This document shows positions 26,341 to 28,151 of a stretch of DNA of 28,151 nt, one piece after another. The notes beneath the pieces were generated by a model. The model saw only the letters and a program-made list of their open reading frames with translations. It had not been told where the DNA came from and searched no databases. Position 1 is the stretch's first letter, and each line of letters opens with the position of its first letter. Source of the DNA: Phycisphaeraceae bacterium (GTDB lineage Bacteria; Planctomycetota; Phycisphaerae; Phycisphaerales; Phycisphaeraceae). The stretch spans positions 1-28,151 of the forward strand of contig JBGTFI010000545.1 in the NCBI GenBank assembly GCA_041747335.1. The letters are read 5' to 3'. The translations under genes and the position numbers were made by a program.

Positions 26341-27252
26341 GTGGTGTACTGTCTGCTTCTGATCACGCTCACCGCCTGCGGCGCGCAGGATTCAACCCCC
26401 TCACCCGCGCCGGCGCGGCCGCGCGCGGCGGAGGCGTCCCCCGATCAGCCGCGTTCGCGGTATGTGGGCGTCGATCTGTACATCCTGCCGCTGGACAGCT
26501 CGCTCGAACCGGCATGGGATGCGCTCAAGACACGGGGGCTTGATGAGACCGCCGTGGCGCTGTGGCGAGAGAACGGGTTTGACATCGCGCTGGCCGAGGA
26601 GCCGCAGGTTCGGGCGTTCATGGGCGCGTTGCCGGAGGTCTCGCAGCATCGGGCGCAGGTTCAGACGCTTTCGAACGAGTGGTCGCGCCTGATCACAAGC
26701 CCGCCGCTGGATCGCCCGCTGCCGATCGTGTGGACATCGCCCGGCGGGGAAGTGACGAACCAACGGCTTGTACGCGGGCGGCTGCAACTGCTGATCCGCG
26801 TGGAGACGAACGAGGATGACGAGGGAGAAACCCGGGAGATTCTCACCGTGATGCCCCACCATCACCTGGTCCGGCCGAGCGTTCGCCCGCGCACCCCGCA
26901 GGAGCTGGCGATCGAGGGCCGGCGTTTCGAGGAACTGGCGCTTCGCATTCCCAGCCCGCCGGGCCCGCGCTGGCTGATCGTGGGACTGCATCCCAACGCC
27001 CATCCCCCACCCCCGCCCCCGGAAGTACCCCCGGAAGCGCCCCCGGAAGTACCCCTGGAAGAGAACGCCGACGACGACGAAGGCGAGGCGGAATCACCCA
27101 CGGGCGAGCCGGAGGCGGTTTGGGATCGAAAGCTCGCCTGGCCGCTGCTGACGGGCACGCAGTTCCAAAAGCGGCGGATGATCGTGGCGGTGATCTCGAT
27201 CAGCCGGTGGGAAGGGGCACCGGCGGCCGAAAACACGCCGAAGCCGCAATAG
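26341..27252 (+). CDS. Hypothetical lipoprotein with Pro/Glu-rich insertion
   Basis: Lipobox-like LLITLTAC and good codon bias. The 5' part of the ORF-track call (26236-26305) overlaps a REP copy, so the start was moved to GTG 26341; this is uncertain. Confidence 0.65.
   Translation: MVYCLLLITLTACGAQDSTPSPAPARPRAAEASPDQPRSRYVGVDLYILPLDSSLEPAWDALKTRGLDETAVALWRENGFDIALAEEPQVRAFMGALPEVSQHRAQVQTLSNEWSRLITSPPLDRPLPIVWTSPGGEVTNQRLVRGRLQLLIRVETNEDDEGETREILTVMPHHHLVRPSVRPRTPQELAIEGRRFEELALRIPSPPGPRWLIVGLHPNAHPPPPPPEVPPEAPPEVPLEENADDDEGEAESPTGEPEAVWDRKLAWPLLTGTQFQKRRMIVAVISISRWEGAPAAENTPKPQ
27016..27061 (+). repeat. In-frame 12-bp tandem repeat (CCCCCGGAAGTA-like x3.8) encoding PPEV/PPEA
   Basis: CCCCCGGAAGTA CCCCCGGAAGCG CCCCCGGAAGTA CCCCTGGAAG. 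Confidence 0.85.
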
Positions 27253-27299
27253 ATCGCCGGTCAATCCCCTGGTTGCGACGGAAAGGCGTCCCGGCGAGG

Positions 27300-27348
27300 T
27301 TGCCTTCGCCTCGTGGATATGATAATATAAACCAGTTGGATCAACCAG
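27300..27348 (+). promoter_or_regulatory. Promoter/operator of the Phd-VapC operon
   Basis: TTGCCT (27300-27305), 17 nt, TAATAT (27323-27328) in an AT-rich patch. Direct repeat AACCAGT at 27329-27335 and 27342-27348 brackets the palindrome GTTG-GAT-CAAC. Confidence 0.5.
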
Positions 27349-27368
27349 TCGATAATGCTCATAGAATC

Positions 27369-27632
27369 ATGGTCACGAAAGACACCCAGTCCATCATCGG
27401 GGCCTTCGAGGCCAAGACGCACTTCGCCCGGCTGCTCGACCGGGTCGAGCACGGTGAGACCATCACCATCACCCGGCACGGCAGGGCGATCGCCCGTCTG
27501 GTGCCGGAGGATCAGCACACCCGTGATCGGTCGCTGCAAGCCGTGGAGCGACTCAAGGGCTTGCGCGGGGCGGCCAAGGGCGTCAGCCTTGCGGAATTGA
27601 TCGATTCGGTCCACGCGGAGCACCGCTACTGA
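27369..27632 (+). CDS. Phd/YefM-family antitoxin (87 aa)
   Basis: IGAFEAKTHFARLLDRVEHGETITITRHGRAIARLVP is the Phd signature; its stop overlaps the toxin start (TGATG). Confidence 0.92.
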   Translation: MVTKDTQSIIGAFEAKTHFARLLDRVEHGETITITRHGRAIARLVPEDQHTRDRSLQAVERLKGLRGAAKGVSLAELIDSVHAEHRY

Positions 27633-28039
27633 TGGTCATCGTCACGGACGCCTCGAGCCTGCTGGGCCTGGTCCTGGAAGATGAAGATGTCCGCTATGCC
27701 CAGTCGGTCATCGAAACCGTGGCTGAGCAGGGCGCGGTCGTGCCCTGTCTGTTCTGGTTCGAGGTTCGCAACGCGCTGGTGGTCAGTGAGCGGCGCGGCC
27801 GAATCACACCGCAAACCACCGAAACATTCCTGAACGGCTTGCGTGACCTGCCGTTTGAGTTCGAGGGATTGCCATCAGACCCGCAGGTGATCGAGCTGGC
27901 CCGTCGCTTTGAGTTGTCGGTTTACGATGCGGCCTACCTGGAGTTGGCCGATCGCCGGAAACTGGCGCTGGCCACGCGTGACCGCAGGCTCGCCGCGGCT
28001 GCGGAGCGGGCGGGGGTGAAGCTCTATGAGACTCACTGA
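27632..28039 (+). CDS. vapC: VapC-family PIN-domain toxin
   Basis: IVTDAS, WFEVRNAL, LSVYDAAYLELA and LATRDRRL carry the PIN acidic residues; translationally coupled to the antitoxin. Confidence 0.92.
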   Translation: MVIVTDASSLLGLVLEDEDVRYAQSVIETVAEQGAVVPCLFWFEVRNALVVSERRGRITPQTTETFLNGLRDLPFEFEGLPSDPQVIELARRFELSVYDAAYLELADRRKLALATRDRRLAAAAERAGVKLYETH

Positions 28040-28151
28040 CGGCGTCGATGGATCGTGGGAATTGCATCGATCAGGATCACCCGCCTTCCCCTCCCCCGCC
28101 TCCCCCCTCGCCGCCGCGCTTTCCGCGCCTTCGTCGCGGCTTGCGCTTGCG

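Overview
High-GC window that looks like Planctomycetota, probably Phycisphaerae. This is inferred from the L28 sequence type, a planctomycete-style dockerin and a Tat-exported Gfo/Idh/MocA protein. The backbone is housekeeping: a GH10-like hydrolase, a GNAT-nitrilase fusion, a coiled-coil/small membrane protein/mreB cluster, a Gfo/Idh/MocA oxidoreductase, a PilZ-DnaJ fusion, NfeD, an SSS transporter, a PEP-CTERM surface protein, argB-argF, rpmB-dnaG-rpoD and argD. Four accessory inserts interrupt it: (1) a REP-bracketed DUF433 antitoxin whose DUF5615-type toxin is cut to 21 codons; (2) a stand-alone gene with a predicted DNA-binding N-terminus and a nucleoside-deoxyribosyltransferase-like (NDT/TIR-fold) C-terminus; (3) a membrane-anchored DUF4041/T5orf172 (GIY-YIG) gene; (4) an intact Phd/VapC toxin-antitoxin pair. 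Inserts 2 and 3 are the best defence candidates; each carries its own TTGCAG-type promoter and ends near REP-like palindromes, with no integrase or transposase in the window. Non-coding signals include two or three REP families, G-run (G-quadruplex-like) clusters with GAATG(C)AC tandem repeats 3' of genes, and -10 boxes placed for leaderless mRNAs. No tRNA, rRNA or CRISPR array was seen. All family assignments come from motif recognition by eye, not database searches.
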